Below the pieces are notes generated by a model that was given only the letters and a program-made list of their open reading frames with translations, was not told the DNA's origin and made no database searches. A DNA stretch of 36,316 nucleotides from Chloroflexi bacterium UBA6019. GTDB lineage: Bacteria > Chloroflexota > Dormibacteria > Dormibacterales > Dormibacteraceae. Positions 18,092-27,611 of this stretch are shown in pieces (positions within the stretch are counted from its first letter, which is position 1; the number at the start of each line of letters is the position of its first letter). The stretch covers positions 1 through 36,316 of the forward strand of contig DIZV01000096.1 of assembly GCA_002427995.1 (NCBI GenBank), read 5' to 3'. The translations under genes were made by a program, and so were the position numbers.

Positions 18092-18924
18092 TAGAAGACA
18101 GTGCGCACGCGGTGGTGGGGGCGGACCGGGAAGAGGCCCTGCGAGTACCCCCACAGCATCCAGTCGACCTCGACCGCCGTCAACTCCCGGCCCTCGGCCG
18201 CGAGCCGGTCGCGCAGCTCCTCGACCGCCACCACGGTGGCGGCGCGGATCTCGACCTCCTCCGGGGATCCCGCGTCCAGCTCGACCCAGTCGTCGACCTT
18301 CCGGGCCAGGTGCTCGGTGTACTCCAGCGCGCCGAGGTGGCGCAGGGCCTGCGGCAGCTTGTAGTCGGCGAAGCAGGTGAGCTGGTCGACGTCGGAGAAG
18401 GCGATCGCACTCGAGCCCCAGAGGTCGGCGGCGGCGATCTGGGCCCGCTTCAGGAAGGGCACCTCCAGCTCGCCGTAAACACCAACATCGCGAAACGATT
18501 CCAGGTTGCGCGAGAGATAGGAGGCGAGCTCGGGAGCGCTCGGCGGGACCAGGCGGGCGAGCTCGCCGCCCGCCTCCCGCTCCGCCAGCCGCGCCAGCTC
18601 GTGGAGGGCGGCGATGCGCCGCTCCGCCATCGGGAACTCCCCGATCACCGCCGCCAGGCCGCCCTCGTCGAGTTCGAGCAGACGCGCCGGCTCCCAGAGC
18701 GGGTCGCCCCCGTCGAAGGCGTCGCGGAGCGACTCCGCCAGCTGCCAGTAGCCGCGGCCCGACCCCCAGAAGGAGAAATTGAGCGTGTCCAGGACCAGCA
18801 CGTATTCGACCAGGCGCTCGCCTCCATAGTGTCGTCGCGAATCCCACCGGGGCACCTCTCGCTCGCGCAGAGCAGCCACGGCCGCGTCGAGCGGACCGAG
18901 CCGCACCTCGAGCGCCTCGTCCAT
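18088..18924 (-). CDS. Queuosine salvage glycosylase (Qng1 / DUF2419 family)
   Basis: Motifs LVLDTLNFSFW, FRD, FLKRAQI, LTCFADYKLPQAL, EVEIRAAT, DWMLW and the C-terminal PHHRVRTVFY. Confidence 0.88.
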   Translation of the reverse strand: MDEALEVRLGPLDAAVAALREREVPRWDSRRHYGGERLVEYVLVLDTLNFSFWGSGRGYWQLAESLRDAFDGGDPLWEPARLLELDEGGLAAVIGEFPMAERRIAALHELARLAEREAGGELARLVPPSAPELASYLSRNLESFRDVGVYGELEVPFLKRAQIAAADLWGSSAIAFSDVDQLTCFADYKLPQALRHLGALEYTEHLARKVDDWVELDAGSPEEVEIRAATVVAVEELRDRLAAEGRELTAVEVDWMLWGYSQGLFPVRPHHRVRTVFY

Positions 18925-18958
18925 CACCCGGCGGCAGGCCGACCGCACGCCGAGGGGG

Positions 18959-19588
18959 TCAGCCGGCAACCGCGTCCTTGGCGGGCTGCCGCCGGAGGAG
19001 GCGGAGGATCTCGTCCTCGAGCATCCCGAAGTCCGACCGTGGAAGTTGGTGGAGGTGGCCCTGGAAAGCGAGCGTCCAGTGCTCGGGCGGCCACTTCTTG
19101 ACGTACTCGAGCCGGTAGGCGATGTGCTTGGCAAGCACCCAGTCCGGTTCCTCCAGGCGGTGGTCGAGGCGGATGTGGACGCGCCACGGGTAGTCCTCGT
19201 CGCGCCGGTCGGTGCGCCAGATCGGGGTGTGATCCTCATACATCGGCGAGGTGACCGTGGCAGTGGCGGAGAACGCCATCCGGCCGGTGACGTAATAGAG
19301 GATCCGGTCGCCCGGGTGCATGCTCGCCACTCGGTTCCTGTGCCGGCCCTTGATGCCCTGGATGCTGAAGCCATGCTCGCGGGTCCGCGTGAAGTTGTCG
19401 GGCGAGGTGACGATCATCCAGTACTGGGATGCTCGGCCGCCGCCGCCGGAACCGGAGGAACCCCCGCCGCCCTTGCCCTTGCCGCCCCGGCGCCGCTTTC
19501 GCTGCGTTCCGCTGGCGGGGGAGGGGGACGCCTCGGGGACGGAACTCTCGGCCGGCGGCGCCTCGGCGACCTCCTCGGTCTCGCTCAC
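18959..19588 (-). CDS. EVE domain protein with a low-complexity N-terminal tail
   Basis: Motifs YWMIVTSPDNF, MHPGDRILYYV and YPWRV. GTG at 19588 overlaps the DinB stop (GTGA). Confidence 0.82.
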   Translation of the reverse strand: MSETEEVAEAPPAESSVPEASPSPASGTQRKRRRGGKGKGGGGSSGSGGGGRASQYWMIVTSPDNFTRTREHGFSIQGIKGRHRNRVASMHPGDRILYYVTGRMAFSATATVTSPMYEDHTPIWRTDRRDEDYPWRVHIRLDHRLEEPDWVLAKHIAYRLEYVKKWPPEHWTLAFQGHLHQLPRSDFGMLEDEILRLLRRQPAKDAVAG

Positions 19589-20097
19589 CGGTCCCGGGAG
19601 GACTGCCATTCGGCCAGCAGCTCGGTGGCGTGCGGAACGTGCTCCTGGTAGTGGTCGCGGAGCCAGCCGACAACGTCGTCGGGGCTGGTCGGGTAGGCCT
19701 CGGCGGCGGCGCCGTAGACGACCGGGGTCTTTCGCTCCCAGCTGTCCCGTGCGGCCGCCAGCGCGGCGTGCCTCACCTCGTCGTGGAGCGTCTCGAGTTC
19801 GGCCAGCTCGGGACTGCGCTCGCCGGCGGTGAGTCCCGCCAGGGCCCGCCGGTTGGCCTCCTCCTGCTCGCCCTCGGGGTCGGTCAGGTGGAGCTCGGCG
19901 CCGCCTCCCGAGGCGAGTGCGCCAAGCACCCGACGGTAGTGGCGAAGCACCCAGTTGCAGTGCACGACGAGACCTCCGATGGCGTAGATGTCCCCCTCCC
20001 GGAGGTAGGTGAGGGACTCGTCGGGCGCCGGCCGGAGGGCGTCGAGGAAGCCGTCGCGCGCGCGGTCAAACTCGGCCAGCGCGGTCCCTCTTTCCAT
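19585..20097 (-). CDS. DinB/YfiT-like metal-binding four-helix protein
   Basis: YAIGGLVVH near the N-terminus and a C-terminal HYQEH His pair, in a helical pattern. Confidence 0.72.
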   Translation of the reverse strand: MERGTALAEFDRARDGFLDALRPAPDESLTYLREGDIYAIGGLVVHCNWVLRHYRRVLGALASGGGAELHLTDPEGEQEEANRRALAGLTAGERSPELAELETLHDEVRHAALAAARDSWERKTPVVYGAAAEAYPTSPDDVVGWLRDHYQEHVPHATELLAEWQSSRDR

Positions 20098-20103
20098 CGC
20101 CCA

Positions 20104-20110
20104 TACGATA
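20104..20110. promoter_or_regulatory. Bidirectional overlapping -10 element (TACGATA)
   Basis: Plus strand TACGAT lies 9 nt before TTG 20119. Minus strand TATCGT lies 7 nt before ATG 20097. Confidence 0.55.
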
Positions 20111-20118
20111 GCCCCGAT

Positions 20119-21693
20119 TTGAAGCCTGCCCAGCGCTGGACCCTGGTCGCGGCGGTCCTCGCCTCGGGAATCGTCTTCCTCGATTCCTCCGTCGTGAACG
20201 TCGCGCTTCCCCAGATCGGTCGCCAGCTGCCCGTCCACCTGTTCGGCGTGCTGGAGGGACAGACCTACGTCTACAGCGGCTACCTGCTGACCCTGAGCGC
20301 GCTGCTGATCCTGGCCGGCGCGCTCAACGACTATTACGGCCGGCGCCGTACCTTCGCGATCGGCCTGATCGGGTTCGGCCTCTCCTCCGTCCTCTGTGGA
20401 CTGGCGCCGAACCTCGAGCTGCTGGTCGTGTTCCGCCTCATCCAGGGCGCCGCCGGCGCCGTCCTGGTTCCGGGCTCGCTCTCTCTGATCGCGGCTGCAT
20501 TCAGCGGCCCGGCCCAGGCCCGCGCCTATGGAATCTGGGCCGGCGCGTCATCGGGGACGACGCTGCTGGGGCCGTTCGTGGGCGGCGTCCTGGTCGACAC
20601 CGTCTCCTGGCGGGCCGCCTTCTTGATCAACGTCCCGCTGGTCCTGCTGGCCCTCTACGCGGTCCTGCGGCACGTGGAGGAGAGTCGCGATGAGGATGCC
20701 AGCCCCAGCTTCGACTGGCTCGGCGCCGGGGTCGTCGCCCTCGGCGTCGGCGGCCTCGCCTTCGGGGCGATCTACGGCCAGCAGCGGGAGTGGCGCGACC
20801 CGATCGCCTTCGTTGCCCTCGGGGTCGGTGCCGTCGCGACGGGCGCACTGCCCTTCCTGATGACCCGGCGGCGCCATCCTCTGATCCCGCCCGAGCTCTT
20901 CCGCTCCCGCAATTTCACCGTCGTCAACATCTCAACCCTTCTCATCTACGGAGCTCTCTATGTCGTCTTTTACAACCTGGCGCTTTTCCAGCAGGGGACG
21001 CTTGGCTACGACGCGGCCGCCGCCGGCCTGAGCGGGATCCCCGGCAGCATCCTGCTGACGCTGCTCTCCGCCCGGGTGGGCCGGCTTGCGGGCCGCTACG
21101 GGCCCCGTTGGTTCATGTTCTGGGGGCCGCTCCTGATGGCGGCCGGCGTCCTCTGGTTCGCCCGGGCGCCGGCGATCGAGAACCCCTGGATCATCAGCCC
21201 CTCCGACCCGGCGAGCTTCGCCCCGCCGGTCGACTTCCTGGTCAACCTGCTTCCGGGCGGCATCCTCTTCGGGATCGGGATCTCGATCCTGGTCGCTCCC
21301 CTCACCTCGGCCCTGATGACCTCGGTTCCGCTTCGCAACTCCGGCCTCGGGTCGGCGATCAACAACGCCGTCTCCCGGATCGGTCCCCAGCTTGCCGGCG
21401 CCGCCATCTTCGTCGCCGTGACAGCGACCTTCTACAGCTCGCTGGCTCATCGGCTCGGCGCCGACCCCGCGTCCCCCGCGCTGCGGTCCGCGGTCAGCCC
21501 CCTCAACCGGCCGGCTCCCGGGACTGGGCACGCCATCGGCGCCGCCGCAACCCTCGCCTCCGGCGACGCCTTCCATGTCGCGATGTTGATCGGCGCTGGC
21601 CTACTCGTTGCGGGGGCCGTGGTGAACCTGGTCGGGATCCGAAACCACCTCCCGCCCTCGGTTCCGGATCGGGAAGCGGCGGCCACCACGTAG
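20119..21693 (+). CDS. MFS drug:H+ antiporter (DHA2 / EmrB-QacA-like)
   Basis: Motifs FLDSSVVNVALP, GALNDYYGRRR, RLIQGAAGA, WRAAFLINVP and PLIPPELFR. TTG start at 20119. Confidence 0.9.
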   Translation: MKPAQRWTLVAAVLASGIVFLDSSVVNVALPQIGRQLPVHLFGVLEGQTYVYSGYLLTLSALLILAGALNDYYGRRRTFAIGLIGFGLSSVLCGLAPNLELLVVFRLIQGAAGAVLVPGSLSLIAAAFSGPAQARAYGIWAGASSGTTLLGPFVGGVLVDTVSWRAAFLINVPLVLLALYAVLRHVEESRDEDASPSFDWLGAGVVALGVGGLAFGAIYGQQREWRDPIAFVALGVGAVATGALPFLMTRRRHPLIPPELFRSRNFTVVNISTLLIYGALYVVFYNLALFQQGTLGYDAAAAGLSGIPGSILLTLLSARVGRLAGRYGPRWFMFWGPLLMAAGVLWFARAPAIENPWIISPSDPASFAPPVDFLVNLLPGGILFGIGISILVAPLTSALMTSVPLRNSGLGSAINNAVSRIGPQLAGAAIFVAVTATFYSSLAHRLGADPASPALRSAVSPLNRPAPGTGHAIGAAATLASGDAFHVAMLIGAGLLVAGAVVNLVGIRNHLPPSVPDREAAATT

Positions 21694-21699
21694 TTTTGA

Positions 21700-22170
21700 G
21701 TGGTGAAGGTCGAATCGGCGTGGGACTACCCGCGACCTCCTCGAGTCGAGGAGAGCGCCCGGCGGGTGAGGGTGATGCTGGGCGGCGAGGTCGTGGCCGA
21801 GAGCGTCAGATCGAGGCGCGTGCTCGAGACCAGCCATCCGCCGGTCTACTACATCCCGCTCGAGGACGTCCGTCCCGAGGCGCTGGTGCGGACGGAACGC
21901 CGCACCTTCTGCGAATTCAAGGGCACCGCCTCTTACTGGACGGTTCGGTCAGGTGACCGCGTCGAGGAGAACGCGGCCTGGTGTTACCCCGAGCCGTCGC
22001 CCGGCTACGAGTCGCTCCGCGACCACGTCGCGTTCTATCCCGGCCGGATGGAGGAGTGCACTCTCGACGGCGAGCGGGTCAACGCGCAGGCCGGCGATTT
22101 CTACGGCGGCTGGATCACCGCAGAGGTGCGGGGCCCCTTCAAGGGGGAGCCCGGGACTCAGGGCTGGTAA
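21700..22170 (+). CDS. DUF427 family protein
   Basis: Motifs ESAWDYPRPP, VLETSHPPVYY, FCEFKGTASYW and FYGGWIT. Confidence 0.88.
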   Translation: MVKVESAWDYPRPPRVEESARRVRVMLGGEVVAESVRSRRVLETSHPPVYYIPLEDVRPEALVRTERRTFCEFKGTASYWTVRSGDRVEENAAWCYPEPSPGYESLRDHVAFYPGRMEECTLDGERVNAQAGDFYGGWITAEVRGPFKGEPGTQGW

Positions 22171-22778
22171 CTCTTCTCGCCGGCGTTGACCGCGATCGGC
22201 AGGATGTTCTCGGGCGGTGCCAGCGGGCAGGCCCAGCGTGGGTTGTAGGCGCAGGACGGGTTGTAGGCGTAGTTGAAGTCGATGATCAGGCGGTCTGAGC
22301 CTGCCTCCACCTCGAGGGCCAGGCCGTCGGTGTTCTTGACGGTGTCGAACAGGTAGCGGCCGCCGCCGTAGGTGTCGACCCGCGAGGTGGCGTCCTTGAA
22401 GGGCAGGAAAAGACCGCCGCCGTAGGCGACCAGGGAGAGCACGGTCAGGCTGCAGGCGGTCCCTTCGAGCTCGAACTGAAGTGAGCCGGCGCGGCGGTAG
22501 CGGATGGCGCCGTCCTCGCCCCCGGTGCCGATGACGAGATCCTCGGCGACGGTTGCGGGCACCAGCTGCGCCGGAACCCGGAAGGCCGGATCGGGCGGGA
22601 AGTAATCGAGGCCGTGGAAGCCTGCCCGGTCCTCGATCGGCGACTGCGAATGGGTCCGGAAAAGATGGTCCCGGCCGCGCCGGAAATCTTCCAGCGCGCC
22701 GGCACCGCGGAGCCGGTACAGGTCCCCAACCCGGCGACGCCAGTCGACCAGGTCGAGGAGTTCCTGTCCGGCCCCCAT
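22158..22778 (-). CDS. DUF1684 family protein
   Basis: Motifs FLPFKDATS, TYGGGRYL, IDFNYAYNPSCAYN-W-CPL and GEK. Confidence 0.9.
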   Translation of the reverse strand: MGAGQELLDLVDWRRRVGDLYRLRGAGALEDFRRGRDHLFRTHSQSPIEDRAGFHGLDYFPPDPAFRVPAQLVPATVAEDLVIGTGGEDGAIRYRRAGSLQFELEGTACSLTVLSLVAYGGGLFLPFKDATSRVDTYGGGRYLFDTVKNTDGLALEVEAGSDRLIIDFNYAYNPSCAYNPRWACPLAPPENILPIAVNAGEKSYQP

Positions 22779-22780
22779 CG

Positions 22781-23713
22781 CTACTTGGTGAAGCTGTGCT
22801 GCTTGAGCCAGGTGGCCGCGAGGTCGCCCGGGTCCTGCTTGTCGACGTCGGCGCTCTTGTTCATCGCGCGGAGGTCGTTGGTGTTGAGCGCAGCCGAGAT
22901 GCTGTTGAAGAGCGTTGTGATCTCCGAGTTGAGAACCTTGGTCCGGACGATCGGGACGATGTTGTCGGCCGCCTCCAGGTGCTTGTCGTCCTGGAGCACG
23001 ACGTAGCCCTTGGCGTCAAGGTCGCCGTCACTGGAGAAGACGAGGCCGACGTCGATCTGGGCGCCGGTGAGAGCGGCGCGGGTCAAAGGACCGTCGGCGT
23101 CGAGCGCCTTGAAGGCCTTGAACTTCGCGCCGTAGGTCTTCTCCAGGCCCGGCTGGCAGAAGGGGCGCGTGGCACATTCGGAGGGGCCGCCGAGCGTCAG
23201 CTGCGACGCGACAGCGGTGAGGTCGGAGAGCTTGGTCAGGCTGTACTTGGCCGCGGTCGCCTTGGTCACCGCGAAGGCGTTGCCGTCAAGCGCGGGGGAG
23301 GGGGTCAAGGCCTTGGCGCCGATGGAGGAGAGGTACGTATTGAGCTTGTCGGTGGTTGCCTGCGCATCGCCGTTGGCCTCGCCCTTGGCCTTGTTGATGA
23401 ACTCGAGGTCGGTGGCTGCGTAGCCCGGGTAGAAGTCGATCTGGCCGCTGGCCAGCGCCGGCTCCACGATCTCACGGTTGCCAAGGTTGGCCTTGTAGTT
23501 GACGGTGTACCCCTTGGCGGCGAGGGCCTTGCCGTAGATGTCCATCAGGATCGTCGACTCGTTGAAGTTGAAGCCGGCGACGGTCACCGTCTCCTTCGGG
23601 GTCGTGGTCGAGGGCGAGCCCCCGCCGGAGGACCCGCAGGCGCTGGCTATGAGAGAGAGCCCCAGGATCGTCATCAGGAACGGTCGGGATTGGAAGGGTC
23701 GCATCGGTTTCAT
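22781..23713 (-). CDS. Osmoprotectant (glycine betaine/choline) ABC transporter substrate-binding lipoprotein
   Basis: Lipobox-like LIASAC, then FNESTIL, LGNREI, RPFCQPGL and LQDDKHL-NIVP. Shine-Dalgarno AGGAGGA upstream of ATG 23713. Confidence 0.9.
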   Translation of the reverse strand: MKPMRPFQSRPFLMTILGLSLIASACGSSGGGSPSTTTPKETVTVAGFNFNESTILMDIYGKALAAKGYTVNYKANLGNREIVEPALASGQIDFYPGYAATDLEFINKAKGEANGDAQATTDKLNTYLSSIGAKALTPSPALDGNAFAVTKATAAKYSLTKLSDLTAVASQLTLGGPSECATRPFCQPGLEKTYGAKFKAFKALDADGPLTRAALTGAQIDVGLVFSSDGDLDAKGYVVLQDDKHLEAADNIVPIVRTKVLNSEITTLFNSISAALNTNDLRAMNKSADVDKQDPGDLAATWLKQHSFTK

Positions 23714-23745
23714 TCCTCCTGAGTGTTTGGTGGAGCCGATTCGTT

Positions 23746-24459
23746 TCAGGTCATGACGGCCAGGTCGGGCTCCGCGGCGACCTCGCGCGCAGTTGATTTC
23801 ATCGTTAAACCGCGGGGGAGCGCAACTTGCTCCAATCCGGAGAGGCCGAGCTCGACCGTCATCGCCAGCGCGGCCACCAGCGCGGCGCCGGCGAAAACCT
23901 GGGCATCGTCGCGCTGGCCGAGCCCGTCGATTATGAAGCGGCCCAGGCCGCCGCCGGCCACGAGCGCCGCGAGCGTTGCCGTCGCCACCACCTGGACGGC
24001 TGCGGTTCGGATCCCGGCCATGATCAGCGGCAGCGCCAGCGGGATCTCGACATCGACCAGGAGCCGGCGTGGGCGCATTCCCATCCCGCGGGCAGCATCG
24101 CGCACCTCGGGGTCGACGTCGCGGACCCCGATATAGCTGTTGGTGAGCATCGGAGGGATGGCGAGCAGCGTCAGCGCGACGAAGGCCGGGTAGTTGTTGA
24201 GCCCGAACACCTGGAAGGCGATCACCAGGATGGCGAAGGAGGGGACCGCCCGGCCGACGTTGGAGACGTTGATCGCGAGGTTGCCAAACCTGCCCCAATG
24301 GCCGAGCGCGACCCCCACCGGCAGGGCGATCAGCAGTCCCGCTGTCACCGCCACGGCCGACATCGCGAGGTGCTCGAGGAGCCGCTGCGGCACGCCGCTG
24401 CTGCCGCTCCAGTGGGCTGGGTTGGCGAACCAGGCGATGACACTGACCACAAACGCCAT
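23746..24459 (-). CDS. Osmoprotectant ABC transporter permease
   Basis: GRAVPS, EAA-loop DAARGMGM, VEIPLALPLIMAGIR and GGGLG. Confidence 0.92.
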   Translation of the reverse strand: MAFVVSVIAWFANPAHWSGSSGVPQRLLEHLAMSAVAVTAGLLIALPVGVALGHWGRFGNLAINVSNVGRAVPSFAILVIAFQVFGLNNYPAFVALTLLAIPPMLTNSYIGVRDVDPEVRDAARGMGMRPRRLLVDVEIPLALPLIMAGIRTAAVQVVATATLAALVAGGGLGRFIIDGLGQRDDAQVFAGAALVAALAMTVELGLSGLEQVALPRGLTMKSTAREVAAEPDLAVMT

Positions 24460-24465
24460 CTGAAT

Positions 24466-25140
24466 TCAGGCCCTTCCCCGCGCCCAGGGGGTGATCACCC
24501 GCTCGGCGCCGGCGAGGCCCAGGTCGGCCAGCAGCGCCAGGGCGACGGAGAGCACGGTGCCGACCACCAGCGGGGTCTTGAAGTCCTGGATCAGGCCCGC
24601 GTTGATCAGCTGGCCGAGACCGCCCTGCCCGATCAGCGCGGTGACGGTCACGAGGCCGATGGTGGTGACGGTGGCGATCCGCACCCCGGCCATGATTGCC
24701 GGTGTGGCCAGCGGCAGCTCGATCCGAAGGAGTTGGGCAAGGGGCCGGTACCCCATGCCCTGGGCAGCGTCGCGAACCTCGGGAGGAACGCCCTCGAGGC
24801 CGACCACGATGTTCCGGAGCAGGATCAGGATCGTGTAGCTGACGAGCCCGATCTCGGAGGTGACCACGGTCAGGCCGGTGAACGGGATCAGGAAGGCGAA
24901 GAGGGCCAGCGACGGAATCGTGTAGAGGAGCCCGCCAATCGCCAGCAATGGATCACGAAGAGGCCGCCAGCGATAGGCGAGAACGGCGAGCGGCGCGGCG
25001 ATCAGGAGGCCGAGGACGACGGCGATCACGGTGAGCTGCACGTGCTCCAGGAGCCGTGCCTCGAAGTCGGGCACATGGCGCCAGAACCAGTCCCAGCGAA
25101 TCCAGGGATCGGTCGCGTCGAGGAATGGCGCCAGGGCCAT
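24466..25140 (-). CDS. Osmoprotectant ABC transporter permease
   Basis: Motifs YTIPSLA, DAAQGMG, IELPLATPAIMAGVR and GQGGLG. Confidence 0.92.
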   Translation of the reverse strand: MALAPFLDATDPWIRWDWFWRHVPDFEARLLEHVQLTVIAVVLGLLIAAPLAVLAYRWRPLRDPLLAIGGLLYTIPSLALFAFLIPFTGLTVVTSEIGLVSYTILILLRNIVVGLEGVPPEVRDAAQGMGYRPLAQLLRIELPLATPAIMAGVRIATVTTIGLVTVTALIGQGGLGQLINAGLIQDFKTPLVVGTVLSVALALLADLGLAGAERVITPWARGRA

Positions 25141-25145
25141 TCGCC

Positions 25146-25152
25146 TACGCTA
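25146..25152. promoter_or_regulatory. Bidirectional overlapping -10 element (TACGCTA)
   Basis: Minus strand TAGCGT lies 6 nt before ATG 25140. Plus strand TACGCT lies 10 nt before GTG 25162. Confidence 0.55.
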
Positions 25153-25161
25153 CCAGCGACC

Positions 25162-26136
25162 GTGAAGCCGATGATCGTCCTCGATTCGGTCAGCAAGAAT
25201 TATCCCGGCGGGAGTAACGCCGTCGACAACCTGACGCTGGAGATCGGCGAGGGCGAGACCTGCGTGCTGGTCGGCCCCTCTGGCTGCGGCAAGAGCACGA
25301 CGCTGCGGATGATCAACCGCCTGATCGAGCCCTCCGCGGGGCGGATCGTGGTCGGTGGTGAGGACGTCACCCACGTCGACCCGGTGGTGCTGCGACTGAA
25401 GATGGGCTACGTCATCCAGCGGACGGGGCTCTTTCCGCACCAGACGATCGCCGAGAACGTCGCCACGGTGCCCCGGCTCTGGGGCTGGGAGAAGGCCCGG
25501 GTCAAGCGGCGGGTGGACGAGCTGCTGGAGTTGGTCGGCCTGGACCCCGCCGGTTACCGCGACCGCTATCCGCACCAGCTCTCGGGCGGGCAGCAGCAGC
25601 GGGTCGGCTTCGCCCGCGCTCTCGGCGCCGACCCGCCGATCCTGCTCATGGACGAGCCCTTCGGCGCCGTCGACCGGATCACGCGCGAACGGCTCCAGAA
25701 CGAGTTCCTCCGGATCCAACGAACGCTCCACAAGACCGTCGTGTTCGTCACTCACGACATCGACGAGGCGGTTCGCGTCGGCGATCGGATCGCGCTGCTC
25801 AACGTCGGCGCCAGGGTCGAGCAATACGCCACTCCGGCCGAGATTCTCGGTCGCCCGGCCAACCAATTCGTCAGCAACTTCCTTGGCCACGAGCGGGTGC
25901 TGAAGCTGCTCTCGGTGACCGCCATCGATCCCGCCAGCCTGCGCCGCTCGCCCGAGCCGGCGGTGGGCCCGAAGGTGCCCGCCACCGCGAACCTGGCCGA
26001 CGCCCTCGTCGAGCTGCTGGCGGCCGGCAGCCCGGCGTTGCCGGTCTTTGACGATGGAAAGTACCTGGGCGACTTCGACGCCCGGTCACTGCAGCAATCG
26101 CTGCGGGCCGTGCCGGCGCCCCAAGGAGGCAGGTGA
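25162..26136 (+). CDS. Osmoprotectant ABC transporter ATP-binding protein (OpuA/ProV-like)
   Basis: Motifs GPSGCGKST, MINRLIEP, LSGGQQQRV, LLMDEPFGAVD and FVTHD. Start is GTG 25162 or ATG 25171. Confidence 0.93.
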   Translation: MKPMIVLDSVSKNYPGGSNAVDNLTLEIGEGETCVLVGPSGCGKSTTLRMINRLIEPSAGRIVVGGEDVTHVDPVVLRLKMGYVIQRTGLFPHQTIAENVATVPRLWGWEKARVKRRVDELLELVGLDPAGYRDRYPHQLSGGQQQRVGFARALGADPPILLMDEPFGAVDRITRERLQNEFLRIQRTLHKTVVFVTHDIDEAVRVGDRIALLNVGARVEQYATPAEILGRPANQFVSNFLGHERVLKLLSVTAIDPASLRRSPEPAVGPKVPATANLADALVELLAAGSPALPVFDDGKYLGDFDARSLQQSLRAVPAPQGGR

Positions 26137-27611
26137 TGAGCGTGGAAACCGCGGAACGAACCCTTCTCGACCAGGTCCCGACCGACCTCTACGTCGGCGG
26201 CGAGTGGCGACCTGCCGGCAGCGGCAAGCGTTTCGACGTCGTCGATCCTGCCACCTCAGACCGGCTCGCGGCAGTCGCGGACGGCGGCCGGGAAGATGCG
26301 CTCGACGCCCTCGGCGCCGCGGCCGAGGCCCAGGCCTCCTGGGGCCGGGTGGCACCTCGGCAGCGGGGCGAAATCCTGCGCAAGGCCTTCGAGCTGATGG
26401 TGGCCCGGATCGACGATCTCGCCCTCCTGATCACCCTCGAGAACGGGAAAACCCTGGCCGAGTCGCGGGCCGAGGTGACCTACGCCGCCGAGTTCTTCCG
26501 CTGGTTCTCCGAAGAGGCGGTCCGGATCGACGGTCGCTACACGGTCGCACCGTCCGGCGGCAGCCGGCTGCTGGTGACCAAGCAGCCGGTCGGAACCTGC
26601 CTCCTGGTGACGCCCTGGAACTTCCCTGCCGCGATGATCACCCGCAAGGTCGGCGCCGCCCTCGCGGCGGGCTGCACGATGGTCGTGAAGCCGGCCAAGG
26701 ACACCCCACTCACCGCGCTTCTCCTGGCAAGCCTGCTGGCCGAGGCGGGCGTGCCCGCCGGCGTCGTCAACGTCGTGACGAGCTCCCGGCCGGGCGAGGT
26801 GGTGACCCCGCTCCTCGCCGACCACCGGCTCCGCAAGCTGAGCTTCACGGGCTCGACCGAGGTTGGCCGGGTCCTCCTTCGCGGCGCGGCCGACCAGGTG
26901 CTGCGGACCTCGATGGAGCTGGGAGGAAATGCCCCCTTCCTGGTCTTCGACGACGCCGATCTCGACGCGGCGGTGGAGGGCGCGATGGTGGCCAAGATGC
27001 GCAACGCCGGGGAGGCCTGCACCTCCGCCAACCGTTTCTATGTCGCGGCCCCGGTCGTCGAGGAGTTCGGCCGCCGGCTGGCGGAGCGGATGGGCAGCCT
27101 GCGGGTCGGCAAGGGCACCGATCCAGCGACGCAGCTCGGCCCGCTCATCAACCAGGCCGGGATCGCCAAGGTGGAGGAGCTGGTCCTGGACATGGTCACC
27201 CGCGGCGGACGGGTCCTGGTCGGCGGCCGGCGGATCGACGGCCCCGGCTTCTTCTACCCGCCCACGGTGGTGACCGGGGTGACCCCACAAAGCCGCGTCA
27301 TGGGCGAGGAGATCTTCGGGCCGGTGGCGCCGATCGTCAGCTTCGCCTCGGAGGAGGAGGCGCTGGGGCTCGCCAACGCGACCGAGTTCGGCCTCGTCTC
27401 CTACGTCTACACCCGCGACCTCGCCCGCGCCCTGCGGGTCAGCGAACGCCTGGAGAGCGGGATGGTGGGCCTCAACACCGGGCTCGTGTCCAACCCGGCA
27501 GCGCCCTTCGGGGGCGTCAAGCAGAGCGGCATCGGCCGGGAGGGCGGCCAGGAGGGCATCGAGGAGTACCTGGAGATCAAGTACGTGGCGGTGGCGCTGC
27601 CCGATGGATGA
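26136..27611 (+). CDS. gabD: NAD(P)-dependent succinate-semialdehyde dehydrogenase
   Basis: Motifs FFRWFSEEAVR, TPWNFPAAMITRK, SFTGSTEVG, MELGGNAPF, KMRNAGEAC, EEIFGP and PFGGVKQSG. Confidence 0.9.
   Translation: MSVETAERTLLDQVPTDLYVGGEWRPAGSGKRFDVVDPATSDRLAAVADGGREDALDALGAAAEAQASWGRVAPRQRGEILRKAFELMVARIDDLALLITLENGKTLAESRAEVTYAAEFFRWFSEEAVRIDGRYTVAPSGGSRLLVTKQPVGTCLLVTPWNFPAAMITRKVGAALAAGCTMVVKPAKDTPLTALLLASLLAEAGVPAGVVNVVTSSRPGEVVTPLLADHRLRKLSFTGSTEVGRVLLRGAADQVLRTSMELGGNAPFLVFDDADLDAAVEGAMVAKMRNAGEACTSANRFYVAAPVVEEFGRRLAERMGSLRVGKGTDPATQLGPLINQAGIAKVEELVLDMVTRGGRVLVGGRRIDGPGFFYPPTVVTGVTPQSRVMGEEIFGPVAPIVSFASEEEALGLANATEFGLVSYVYTRDLARALRVSERLESGMVGLNTGLVSNPAAPFGGVKQSGIGREGGQEGIEEYLEIKYVAVALPDG

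Noticed and set aside
18092..19374. Apparent N-terminal extensions of AlkA (to 18847) and Qng1 (to 19374), suggesting fusions or frameshifting
   Set aside because: The extensions are off-frame shadows of the upstream genes, and each gene has its own plausible start.
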